Assembly: GCA_044870765.1 (NCBI GenBank)
Contig: JBIOZG010000004.1
Location: 1 to 32,011, forward strand
Origin: Nitrososphaeraceae archaeon
GTDB lineage: Archaea > Thermoproteota > Nitrososphaeria > Nitrososphaerales > Nitrososphaeraceae
Direction of reading: 5' to 3'
DNA: 32,011 bases
Shown: positions 9,459-18,210 of the stretch, piece after piece
Numbering within the stretch: the stretch's first letter is position 1
Layout of the letters: each line of letters opens with the position of its first letter
Position numbers and translations under genes: made by a program
The notes under the pieces: generated by a model
Told to the model about the DNA's origin: nothing
The model's input: only the letters and a program-made list of their open reading frames with translations
Databases searched by the model: none

Positions 9459-9524
9459 ACTATTATTGTTTACTACAGAAACTATTTAAATTATCAAGGA
9501 GACTATAGTAAAGCAGGTGACAAA

Positions 9525-9914
9525 TTGGAAACTAAAGGACAAGAAGTAAACCGACTGCCTATGCTTAAGAATGAATGTAACTTTGAAGGATATGATGCAT
9601 CAACTTTAATGAAGGAAACTGCAAAGGTTAGAAAGTTAATTACCAAAAGAGGAACAATGGAAATGTTAATTCCACTGTGCTGTTCTACGACTCCAGTAAG
9701 ACATAAGGAATTTAGACAATTGCTCAGAGGATTTAGTAGCAAGACGCTCGCCCGCAGATTAAAGGAATTAGAAAAAGGTGGAATATTAGAAAGACAAGCC
9801 TACAACGAGATACCTCCTCGGGTGGAATACAAACTAACTGCAAAGGGGCAAGAGCTCGTGGAATCGATAATTAATTTGCTGCAATGGATGAGAAAGTGGT
9901 CAAAGTCTAAGTGA
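9525..9914 (+). CDS. HxlR-family winged-helix transcriptional regulator, divergent from the ars operon
   Basis: GFSSKTLARRLKELEKGGILERQAYNEIPPRVEYKLTAKG; start uncertain (TTG 9525 or ATG 9561) because the ORF-track start overlaps arsM. Confidence 0.88.
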   Translation: METKGQEVNRLPMLKNECNFEGYDASTLMKETAKVRKLITKRGTMEMLIPLCCSTTPVRHKEFRQLLRGFSSKTLARRLKELEKGGILERQAYNEIPPRVEYKLTAKGQELVESIINLLQWMRKWSKSK

Positions 9915-10207
9915 TAATACGATAAATGTCGGAATATCAAAAAGAAAAATAAATATTGCCAGAGTAATGTTCTCTATTTAAAGAAATTAGAAATTCTAAT
10001 TGAGATCTATCTAAAAATCAGATCCATCCCGACGACTCAGATACGAATAAGAAAATTTTATCAAGATCAGAAAAAATTATTCCTGCAATCCGCCACCTCA
10101 CGTATTAATTTTGATTGCCTTACGTAATCATATATCGATTGAATGTGGAGGATAATCACAAAAGAAGAATCTTGTAAAAAAGTATACGATAGCAATATTA
10201 TAACAAG

Positions 10208-10322
10208 TCCCCTGCATGGTAAGGGGCTTTTTTCGGCCAGTCCCGTATTTGGCCTTTCCCCTTTACCGCAATAGTGCTTCGGGGAACGGGACCGAAACCC
10301 GAGACACCATTTATGCAGAAGA
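10208..10322 (-). ncRNA. Candidate structured ncRNA (three-way junction with kissing-loop pseudoknot), family unknown
   Basis: GC-rich island. P1 UCUUCUGCAU/AUGCAGGGGA; P2 UGGUG…UCGGG/CCCGA…CACUA; P3 GGUAAAGGGG/CCCCUUACC with GGCCA/UGGCC; loop-loop GUCCCGU/ACGGGAC; upstream TATA and downstream T6. Confidence 0.7.
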
Positions 10323-10477
10323 TAATGACCATGGGGCTAAAAAGTTTAATACAATTACTATCCACAACTTGGACCTCTTTCTTCGACTTCAAATATTATG
10401 AGGTTACACAAGGAAGGAGTATGTCAGAGATAATAAATCGAGTAATAGTCCCCTCTTCGAAAATAAACTATTTTTTA

Positions 10478-11626
10478 TCATATTATTTGTTCGTCATATC
10501 TGTTTTCTCTAATTAATTTTGACATATTTACCGCACCTATTACTGTTCGCTTGATATCTGTCCTCATTGCTGCACCCTCGTGAGACATCATTTTATCATA
10601 ATTGTTCTCAGTATCTTCAGCGTACCATCCTCTAGTCCATCCTGCGAACGGGAATTTACCAAACACAAATCCTAACTGTGACCAAAAAGTGAGCATCTCT
10701 CCAGCGACATGCTGAACATTGTCTTGACCTCCGGTTATTATAAAAGCCGCCGTCTTATCCCGGATTAGGTATTGTTGATTAGTAACTGATTGATTTTGAA
10801 CACAATTCATCCTTTGAACCATTTGATAATATAGAGAGCTTGCATTTCCCCATCTTATCGGAGTAGAAACAAGAACAACATCGGACCAAATTATAACCTT
10901 TTCATAGACTTGTAGCATTTCATCTTCTTTATCCATTTCTGAAATTGAACAAGGGAAAACACAAGCCTTTGCGTTTTTAGAATAATATCCTTCACAGTGC
11001 TTAAATTTCATGTTTCTCAGTTTAATCATATAACTTTCGGCACCTAGTTTATTTTTGGCATAATCTAAAGCAAATTTCAATGATTCTTCAGATGTGCTTT
11101 TTCTTGGGGCGATCTCGTCATTAGTATTGGTTGTAGAAATGCCCAAGACGTGAATTTTGTTATCACTTTGAATTATCGAGTCATTATCCTTATGTGATAA
11201 ATAGTTTCCAACAGAGTCTCGTAGTTCACTGTAGGCTTTGTGCGGCTTATAGGAAGTTGTTCCTAGCCCTGAAGGAATCATATCTACATACAATTTGTTA
11301 CCAACGATGTGTATTTTGTAAGTATTTACACTATCTCCTCCTTGATGTGGCGATTTTCCATTAAAAACATTATATTTCCATCCATGCCAAGGACATGTCA
11401 CTATATTGTTTTCCAAAGACCCCTGACTCAATGGGCCTGCTTTGTGTGCACAGACGTTAGAGATTGCATAGAATTTATCGTCTATATTAAACACTGCAAT
11501 ATCTTGCTTGATGCCTTTGGCTGGAGAAATAGAAAAGGCCTTTGATTGACCTTTTTTTATCTCAGTTTTCAAACACAGGTATTGCAGGCTCGGAGGTTGC
11601 TTGCGACTAGATGCAAATCTTTTCAT
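10478..11626 (-). CDS. Rieske [2Fe-2S] domain fused to flavodoxin-like (WrbA/Isf/NADPH-FMN reductase) domain
   Basis: CAHKAGPL…CPWHGW Rieske ligands; C-terminal STPIRWG and IITGGQD flavodoxin-fold motifs with CEGYYSKNAKACVFPC. Confidence 0.88.
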   Translation of the reverse strand: MKRFASSRKQPPSLQYLCLKTEIKKGQSKAFSISPAKGIKQDIAVFNIDDKFYAISNVCAHKAGPLSQGSLENNIVTCPWHGWKYNVFNGKSPHQGGDSVNTYKIHIVGNKLYVDMIPSGLGTTSYKPHKAYSELRDSVGNYLSHKDNDSIIQSDNKIHVLGISTTNTNDEIAPRKSTSEESLKFALDYAKNKLGAESYMIKLRNMKFKHCEGYYSKNAKACVFPCSISEMDKEDEMLQVYEKVIIWSDVVLVSTPIRWGNASSLYYQMVQRMNCVQNQSVTNQQYLIRDKTAAFIITGGQDNVQHVAGEMLTFWSQLGFVFGKFPFAGWTRGWYAEDTENNYDKMMSHEGAAMRTDIKRTVIGAVNMSKLIRENRYDEQII

Positions 11627-11685
11627 AATATCTTATCCACATCATTCATCATAAGGAACTCGCTTATCTCAGGTTTCCAAATTGA

Positions 11686-12774
11686 TTAATACCCTGTGAA
11701 TTCTTCAATTTTTATTCGCTCAGATGGAATTTGCAGGTTGTCATCGAGCATTTGTTGCATAGCCTTTACCATAGCAGGAGGACCACATATATAGAATATT
11801 GAATCTTTAAAGTCAGCCGGCTGAAGATACTTTTTCAACATTGCTTCGTCTATTCTTCCTTTTTCGCCTTCCCAGTCCTCGACCATTTTTTCCTCTTCTG
11901 TAACTGTATAAATGATTCTTAAATTCTTGTTACTTTTTGCGCATTTATCAAATTCTGTTTTATATAATATGTTTTGCTGATTTCTGTTTGAATCAAACAT
12001 AAAAATTCTAACTGGAAGGTTCTTATCTGTTGCATATTTTATCATGCTCCTAAAAGGAGTAACGCCTATACCACCGGATAGAAATACCGCAGGCTTTGAA
12101 TAGTCTTCATGGAGAGTAAATGTTCCTTCTGGCCCACGAACTTTGACTGTTGTTCCCTGCTGCAATGAATCCAGCCTCTTCTTATAAGGACTGTCTCTTA
12201 TCCTTGTGCTAATTAGAATAAAGTCCTCAGTTGGCGACGAAGCTATTGTAAAATGTCGTATGGGTCCCTTTGGATCATTATGCACATTTCCAATATCAAA
12301 GAACGCAAACTGGCCAGCAATATATTCTAATATTCTGTTTGGTCCATCTTTTTCCTGCTTGTTAAATTTTAATGTCAATATATCTGTTCCTTCTAATGTT
12401 TGTCTTTCTTTAAGTAACAAACTGTATTCAGATGAATCTGCAGCTTTACCTTCCTGTTTCCCAGAATCTAATCTAATCATTATATCATCTCCCTCTATTT
12501 TTATTTGATAGACGGATTGGGATTCAGTAGCAGGAGGAGCTTTAACCTCTCCAGTCCTCATATCGAACCTAGACTGGTGCCAGGGGCATTCGACCTCATG
12601 GCCTTCAAGTTTACCGTCAGCAAGTGGACCTCCTTCGTGACTACAAGTATTATTGATAGCATAGTATTTGCCATCAATATTGGAGATACAAATACTCTGA
12701 CCATCGACTTTAACTTCTAACATCTGGGAATCTGCAATGTCCCTTCTATTTGCAACCTTCACAAAACCATTCAA
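11686..12774 (-). CDS. Rieske ferredoxin fused to FNR-type FAD/NAD(P)H oxidoreductase
   Basis: CSHEGGPL…CPWHQS; RHFTIAS, GGIGVTP, YICGPPAM and C-terminal EEF motifs. Confidence 0.9.
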   Translation of the reverse strand: MNGFVKVANRRDIADSQMLEVKVDGQSICISNIDGKYYAINNTCSHEGGPLADGKLEGHEVECPWHQSRFDMRTGEVKAPPATESQSVYQIKIEGDDIMIRLDSGKQEGKAADSSEYSLLLKERQTLEGTDILTLKFNKQEKDGPNRILEYIAGQFAFFDIGNVHNDPKGPIRHFTIASSPTEDFILISTRIRDSPYKKRLDSLQQGTTVKVRGPEGTFTLHEDYSKPAVFLSGGIGVTPFRSMIKYATDKNLPVRIFMFDSNRNQQNILYKTEFDKCAKSNKNLRIIYTVTEEEKMVEDWEGEKGRIDEAMLKKYLQPADFKDSIFYICGPPAMVKAMQQMLDDNLQIPSERIKIEEFTGY

Positions 12775-12914
12775 TCTAAATTAATCTGTAAATATTTTAA
12801 CCAACAAGTAATAAATTAGTTATAATTAACATAAAGCTGCTCTAATTGTAAAGTTTGGAATTCGTAGAAAGGATTCTAGAAAGGAACTAACAAACGACTC
12901 ATATAACTTTTATT

Positions 12915-13008
12915 ATGGAAAGTACGAAGACATGCGACTGTTGTAAACAAAAAACTGATGCGCTTTATGGTTTGTTTAAAATTGATGATTTGTAGAAAAT
13001 GTCATTGA
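12915..13008 (+). pseudogene. CxxC…CxxC zinc-finger microprotein, split by +1 nt
   Basis: MESTKTCDCCKQKTDALYGLFK continues as LMICRKCH* if one A of A4 at 12978-12981 is removed. Confidence 0.45.
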
Positions 13009-13086
13009 AGACTAATTAATTCATTTCAACAAGGAATTAGCGTATAACAATATAAAATAAATATCTTAATTCAGATGTATTATTAA

Positions 13087-13578
13087 ATGAGCTCAGAAAC
13101 TATCTTGGTTTCAAAACTAATGAATCGCAAGGTGCAAACAGATTATCAAGATCAAAATATAATGAGTGCTTGCAATATTATGCATGCGAACGATATCGGA
13201 TCTGTAATAATTGTTACTCGTAATGAAGGTAGAACTCCCATAGGTATAATTACTGAGCGTGATATAGTTCGCATTTTGGGTAAACTTAATCCAGATTTGC
13301 TCAACACACCACTTGAAACGCTCATGAGTAGCCCCTTAATTACTATAGAAGAATCCGCATCCATGGCTGACGCAAGTAAGCTCATGAATACTAAGAAAAT
13401 TCGCAGACTTGTAGTACTTGATGCAAATAACAAAATGAGTGGGATATTAACACAAAACGATATATTCAGAGCCATCGATAAGAACCCTACCTTATTTTCT
13501 GAATTATATGGCAAGAGTTTCTCTTCAAAATTTAAGGAAATTTATGAGAAATACAATCAGTATAGATCCGAGGACTAA
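13087..13578 (+). CDS. Stand-alone CBS-pair protein
   Basis: IGSVIIV…GIITERDIV and IRRLVV…GILTQNDI. Confidence 0.92.
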   Translation: MSSETILVSKLMNRKVQTDYQDQNIMSACNIMHANDIGSVIIVTRNEGRTPIGIITERDIVRILGKLNPDLLNTPLETLMSSPLITIEESASMADASKLMNTKKIRRLVVLDANNKMSGILTQNDIFRAIDKNPTLFSELYGKSFSSKFKEIYEKYNQYRSED

Positions 13579-13663
13579 TTAAGGACAACTGAAGTGGTTT
13601 GTGTGCTTTTTGATTAGTTCCATATTTTTAGTATGAATGTTTTAACAACGAGTGCGGCCTTTC

Positions 13664-14266
13664 TCAATGAAATGAACCTGTTTTAATTTCGCCGGACCTT
13701 TTGTAGTTGGCTATTATGACTCCGTTTGGGAAAGCTTTAGATTCTATCAACTCAAAAGCGGCAGGGATTGTTCCCTCGGCAAATAATCGCTTTCCGGTGC
13801 CAAGTGTAACAGGAAATATTCTTAGCCGAAGTTCATCAATCAGATCGTTCTTTAGAAGTGTTTGTATAAGCTTACCACTGCCGTGCACCTGAAGTATCGG
13901 TCCCTCCTCTTCTTTCAAGGCTTTGATTTTAGCAACAACATCATCACTAATGAGAATTGATTCGTTCCATGTAAGATTTACGGTTTCATCTGATACCACA
14001 TACTTTTTCGCTTTATTGAACGGGCCACCTATTGCACCTGTATGTTTAGGCCAATACGCAGCAAATATCTCATACGTCTTTCTGCCGAGCAGCAAGTCAA
14101 ATGGCACACTCAATTCTTTGTTGATTGTATTGCCTAAAGAATCATCAGCATATGGGACGGTCCAGCCTCCATAGTTAAAATCGCCTGAAGTATCCTCTTC
14201 TGGACCACCTGGTGCCTGCATAGTCCCGTCAAGGCTGACCATCGTCAAAACAACTATTTTTCTCAT
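13664..14266 (-). CDS. Dihydrofolate reductase family (RibD C-terminal-like) protein
   Basis: MVSLDG, LLLGRKTYE, GSGKLIQTL, DELRL.IFPV.LG.GKRLF. Confidence 0.92.
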   Translation of the reverse strand: MRKIVVLTMVSLDGTMQAPGGPEEDTSGDFNYGGWTVPYADDSLGNTINKELSVPFDLLLGRKTYEIFAAYWPKHTGAIGGPFNKAKKYVVSDETVNLTWNESILISDDVVAKIKALKEEEGPILQVHGSGKLIQTLLKNDLIDELRLRIFPVTLGTGKRLFAEGTIPAAFELIESKAFPNGVIIANYKRSGEIKTGSFH

Positions 14267-14856
14267 ATTTTGTAGTTGATCCTTTCTTGCTTCTATTTGT
14301 TAAAGTCTATTATGGCGGACAGGGTTTGAATATTGTATATTTTGGGCACCAAAAATATTATTAGTCTGGACGTCTATTTTTTTGTGAAGTAAAGGTTCTC
14401 TATTCAAAGAATTCCGAAATTCTAAGTTTAACTAATCTGAAAAACCAGATCGGCCCGACGATCGAAGACTACTAACATATTAAATGCATTTCCACCGACC
14501 GCACATACAACAATCTATCAATCCAAGAGGTACACGGAGAACCTCGCTTAACAAAAAAATGAAATATAAAATACTAGCCAATCAGAAACATTTTCACTTT
14601 ATCGTGTACATAACTGACACTTTAAGTAATTTTCCGTTCATAATCAATTTCCCATAATTCCTGTTCGTCATCATTCAGAACTGCGAATTCAATCATATTA
14701 TCATACATAGACACAGCGATTTATTATTTATATATAGAGGAATGGCGCAAATAGAAAATTCATTATTAATATACTATACATTTTGGCTAAAATTGCCATC
14801 TGACTTTTGCCGAAAAATATCGTGGAAGAATGTTAATATCTGATGGATGACCTGAA

Positions 14857-15420
14857 ATGTACGTGCAAAATGATGAGTACGCCAGGGGCAAGATGCCCAC
14901 TTCTGCAGAAATAGTAGATGTCGCTCCTCCCAATATAGATAGCGATTCCATTTCAAAATCAGAACTTTTAGAAGGAGTCACTGAGTTGAGCAAGGAAGAG
15001 CTATCCCGGCTATTTCAGTTCAGGAATTTAGTCTATGTAGGAACGTTATCAAATGATGGTTCACCCCATATCACTCCAGTCTGGGCCGAAATGGTTGAAG
15101 ATTTAATTCTGATAAATACATTCGAAGAATCTGCGAAGATTAGTCACATATCAAAAGACAAAAGGATAGCCCTATCAGTCGTTGAGCAAAACAATCCATT
15201 CAATATGGTATCAATAAAAGGAAGGGTCGTGGAACAAACTAGTGAAGGAGCTGATGAACATTTAAAAAAGCTCGCAAAGCGATATTTAGGAATTGGAAAA
15301 TATTACTATCGTAAGCCAAATCATAAAAGGGTAATTCTGAAGATAAAGCCAGAAAAAATAATGGGTCTATCAATTCATCCAGCTTTCTATTTTCTGGCGT
15401 ATTCACCTTGGTTGAAGTAA
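14857..15420 (+). CDS. PPOX-class (pyridoxamine oxidase-like) F420-dependent oxidoreductase
   Basis: GTLSNDGSPHITPVW, K…DKRIALSV, MVSIKGRV, RVILKIKPEK; start could be 14893. Confidence 0.85.
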   Translation: MYVQNDEYARGKMPTSAEIVDVAPPNIDSDSISKSELLEGVTELSKEELSRLFQFRNLVYVGTLSNDGSPHITPVWAEMVEDLILINTFEESAKISHISKDKRIALSVVEQNNPFNMVSIKGRVVEQTSEGADEHLKKLAKRYLGIGKYYYRKPNHKRVILKIKPEKIMGLSIHPAFYFLAYSPWLK

Positions 15421-15633
15421 AATAACTGTTCCTCTAGCAAGTGCCACTTACAGTTCATAAAAAACCCTTTGTTGTATTATTGTATAGTATGTGAAAAATG
15501 GCCCTCATTATAATGTCATACGTTCTTTCAAAAAAGTAACTACGTAAAAACTCTGAAATTGCATCTCGGTTGAATTTGTTTTCATCGTAGTTCTCTTTTT
15601 AGAGATTATTGGGGATATTTGTCCTGAGCGTTT

Positions 15634-17343
15634 TTATTCTTGGAGTATTCTATGAACAAATGAGATCACTGTTGATCCCTCGCCAACAGCAGCCGCAACA
15701 CGTTTAATGCTGCCGCCTCGTACATCCCCCGCCGCGAAAATACCTGGTAAACTTGTTTCAAGCAAGTATGGTTCCCTTTTAAGAGACCAACCTACGGCCC
15801 TCAGCTTTTCAGGTGATAGATCAGGACCAGTATTTATAAAGCCTTTTGCATCAAGCATAAGACAATCATTAAGCCAACTGGTGTTCGGATCGGCGCCGGT
15901 CATGACGAATATGTGTTTTATGTTGCGCTTCTCGGTCTCGCCTGTTTGATTATTTCTCCAGTGAACTGAATCAAGTTGATGGTTACCTTCAAGAGTAATA
16001 ATCTCTGTGTTGGACTTCACTACGATATTAGGGGCTTCCTCAATCCTGCTGATTAGATAGCGTGACATACTAGTTGCCAAACTAGCAGATCTTACGAGAA
16101 CGTAGACTTGTTTTGCTGTCTCTGACAAATAGACGGCAGCTTGACCAGCTGAATTTCCACCGCCAACAACAATTACTTCATCTCCTCCACACAATTGTCT
16201 TTCCACAAAAGTGGCACCATAATAAACTCCGGCGCCTTCAAATTGGGAAAGGTGCTCCAATGGAAGTCTTCGATATTGAGCACCCGTTGCTATCAAGACA
16301 GTTCGCGCTGGAATTCGAGCGCCGGACTCGGTTTCTACTATGTAGGGCCGATGATCGCAGAGAATTCTTGTTGCCCTAGATATTAGCATCTTAGCACCAA
16401 ACTTCTGCGCTTGCATATAAGCCCTGCCTGCTAGATCCTGGCCTGAGATGCCGGTGGGAAATCCTAAGTAGTTTTCAATTTTCGAGCTTGAACCAGCTTG
16501 ACCTCCGGGAGAAGTCGTTTCCAGTACTACCACATCCAGTCCTTCTGAAGCACCGTACACTGCGGCAGCCAATCCTGAAGGGCCGGCACCAACGATAACC
16601 AGATCACGCGTCTGAGTTTGGTCGATAGACTCGTTGAATCCTAGGCAGGCTGCGATTTCCTGATTATTGGGATTCCGTAATACCACTTGACCGCGACAGA
16701 TCAATACTGGAATATCACTTGCGGAGGTTTGGAAACTATCCAATAGATTCTGCACGTCAGAGTCTTGTTCCAAATCTACGTAGGAATATGGATGGCCATT
16801 CCTCAGTAGAAAGTCTTTAATCCGCAACGTGCCGGCAGAATGAGCTGAACCAATAAGGATAAGGTCTCCCACACCGGCAGCTATTAACTCTACTCTGCGA
16901 AGGATGAAAGCCCTCATTAGTATCTCGCTCAGCTCAGCATCATTTTGTACTAATCTCAGTAGATCCTTGTTCTGAAGTTCGATTACTTCGCTTGGTACGG
17001 TGGCCCGTGCTCGAACAATCGATCGACGCCCAGATATCATGTTAACGTCTCCTGTGAATTGGCCATTGCCATGGACGGTGATGAGGGTCTCGTGGGTTCC
17101 GAAGGGGCTCACAATCTCTACTTCCCCTGTCATTACAACAAAAAATGGCATTGGAGTATCTCCTTGTTCAATTAGGATGTCACCGGGTTTGACTGAACGA
17201 GTATGGCCGTACAATGCAATACGATCGATCTGAGCCTGCGTCAATTTCGGAAATATTTTCTCAATACGAGATCTAGTAACAGGAAGTCCCTCCCGTGTAC
17301 CGCTGGTATCCTCACTTCTAGGGTACTTAATCGCCACATACAA
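15634..17343 (-). CDS. cNMP-binding domain + glutaredoxin-like domain + thioredoxin-reductase-like FAD/NADPH oxidoreductase
   Basis: LIEQGD…G.FTGD (cNMP), GAGPSG, IENYLGFP, GGGNSAGQAA, TSLPGIFAAGD; CxxC position reads YYGATFVE; exact start uncertain. Confidence 0.88.
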   Translation of the reverse strand: MYVAIKYPRSEDTSGTREGLPVTRSRIEKIFPKLTQAQIDRIALYGHTRSVKPGDILIEQGDTPMPFFVVMTGEVEIVSPFGTHETLITVHGNGQFTGDVNMISGRRSIVRARATVPSEVIELQNKDLLRLVQNDAELSEILMRAFILRRVELIAAGVGDLILIGSAHSAGTLRIKDFLLRNGHPYSYVDLEQDSDVQNLLDSFQTSASDIPVLICRGQVVLRNPNNQEIAACLGFNESIDQTQTRDLVIVGAGPSGLAAAVYGASEGLDVVVLETTSPGGQAGSSSKIENYLGFPTGISGQDLAGRAYMQAQKFGAKMLISRATRILCDHRPYIVETESGARIPARTVLIATGAQYRRLPLEHLSQFEGAGVYYGATFVERQLCGGDEVIVVGGGNSAGQAAVYLSETAKQVYVLVRSASLATSMSRYLISRIEEAPNIVVKSNTEIITLEGNHQLDSVHWRNNQTGETEKRNIKHIFVMTGADPNTSWLNDCLMLDAKGFINTGPDLSPEKLRAVGWSLKREPYLLETSLPGIFAAGDVRGGSIKRVAAAVGEGSTVISFVHRILQE

Positions 17344-17371
17344 AGTTTATTGACTCATACCAATAAAGGGA

Positions 17372-17399
17372 TCTAATATCCGATTTCTAATATCCGATT
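17372..17399. repeat. Perfect 14-bp direct tandem repeat upstream of the TrxR-like gene
   Basis: TCTAATATCCGATT x2. Confidence 0.8.
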
Positions 17400-17418
17400 C
17401 GAAAATTTGTTTTCTATT

Positions 17419-17554
17419 TTAAGGTCTTCTTATTTTGATCACTGCACAATCTTTGCATAACAAAAAGGAAAGACTAGGTGGATTTATTCTCCATATTCCT
17501 TGTGTATTGTGCCACAATTTTTCTGATGCTACCACATTTGTTGCAAGTTGCCAT
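17419..17554 (-). pseudogene. CxxC…CxxC zinc-ribbon microprotein, frameshifted
   Basis: MATCNKCGSIRKIVAQYT… in one frame and …LLCKDCAVIKIRRP* in the +1 frame; total length 45 codons + 1 nt. Confidence 0.45.
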
Positions 17555-17701
17555 GTTTCCAATGTAATCCCTGAATAGCATAATTTCAATGTGAGTGAAT
17601 GTTATTGCCTTTTAGACGTTGTCCTAATGAGTACAGTAGATCATCCTTGCAAAATTCCTCTGTTGTTTTTCTAACTTTTATAAATGCATGGCAGATAGAA
17701 C

Positions 17702-18142
17702 ATGATATTGAGTGGGTGGAAAATCGCAAATGAAAGACAGACCATTATTACAAGTTGGTTCATCGGCATAAGCGCGATTTTGCTAGTGTTATATCTGACA
17801 GAACCCAAGCCAAATATTGACAAAGAGTGGTTCGATTATTACTTTGAAGCAAGTGCAGTTATTTTTCTAATCGTCTCATTATTCTTGTACCTTTTGTCTG
17901 CAACATATCTACTCAAACCATTCTATCAGGATGATGAACCCACGAATGAGCAACTAAGGCAATCTGCTTTCAATGCAAGACGTGTACAAGTTCCTGGATG
18001 TTTTATGATATTTTGGGCCATTGGATTTCTGATCCTACTTAAATTGGAATATTCTGGTGCTGTTTTGGCATATTCTATTGTGGCGTTCGGTGCTCCAATA
18101 CTATGGTTGATCCTCAGGAGATTTTCCCAGATCAAGCTCTAG
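17702..18142 (+). CDS. Hypothetical 4-TM membrane protein
   Basis: 146-aa ORF with four hydrophobic segments; TTTATAAA about 20 nt upstream. Confidence 0.65.
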   Translation: MILSGWKIANERQTIITSWFIGISAILLVLYLTEPKPNIDKEWFDYYFEASAVIFLIVSLFLYLLSATYLLKPFYQDDEPTNEQLRQSAFNARRVQVPGCFMIFWAIGFLILLKLEYSGAVLAYSIVAFGAPILWLILRRFSQIKL

Positions 18143-18210
18143 TAGGTGCATAATAGATGTGAAATACTTCATTGGCATCATTAGAGAACAGTAGCCGACA
18201 GTTAACACTC

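Noticed and set aside
9423-9524. N-terminal extension of the HxlR ORF
   Set aside because: Overlaps the arsM start on the opposite strand and the shared promoter region
10208-10322. Hammerhead, HDV-like, purine or cobalamin riboswitch identity for the candidate RNA
   Set aside because: No CUGANGA/GAAA core, HDV nesting or B12 box found by eye, and no downstream cis gene
10198-10516. Three short overlapping ORFs (64, 61, 80 aa)
   Set aside because: No recognisable motifs; better explained as stop-poor by-products of the GC-rich structured RNA
10014-14470. Similar words AAAATCAGATCCATCCCGACGA (~10014) and AAAACCAGATCGGCCCGACGA (~14441)
   Set aside because: Too short and divergent to call a repeat without a genome-wide search
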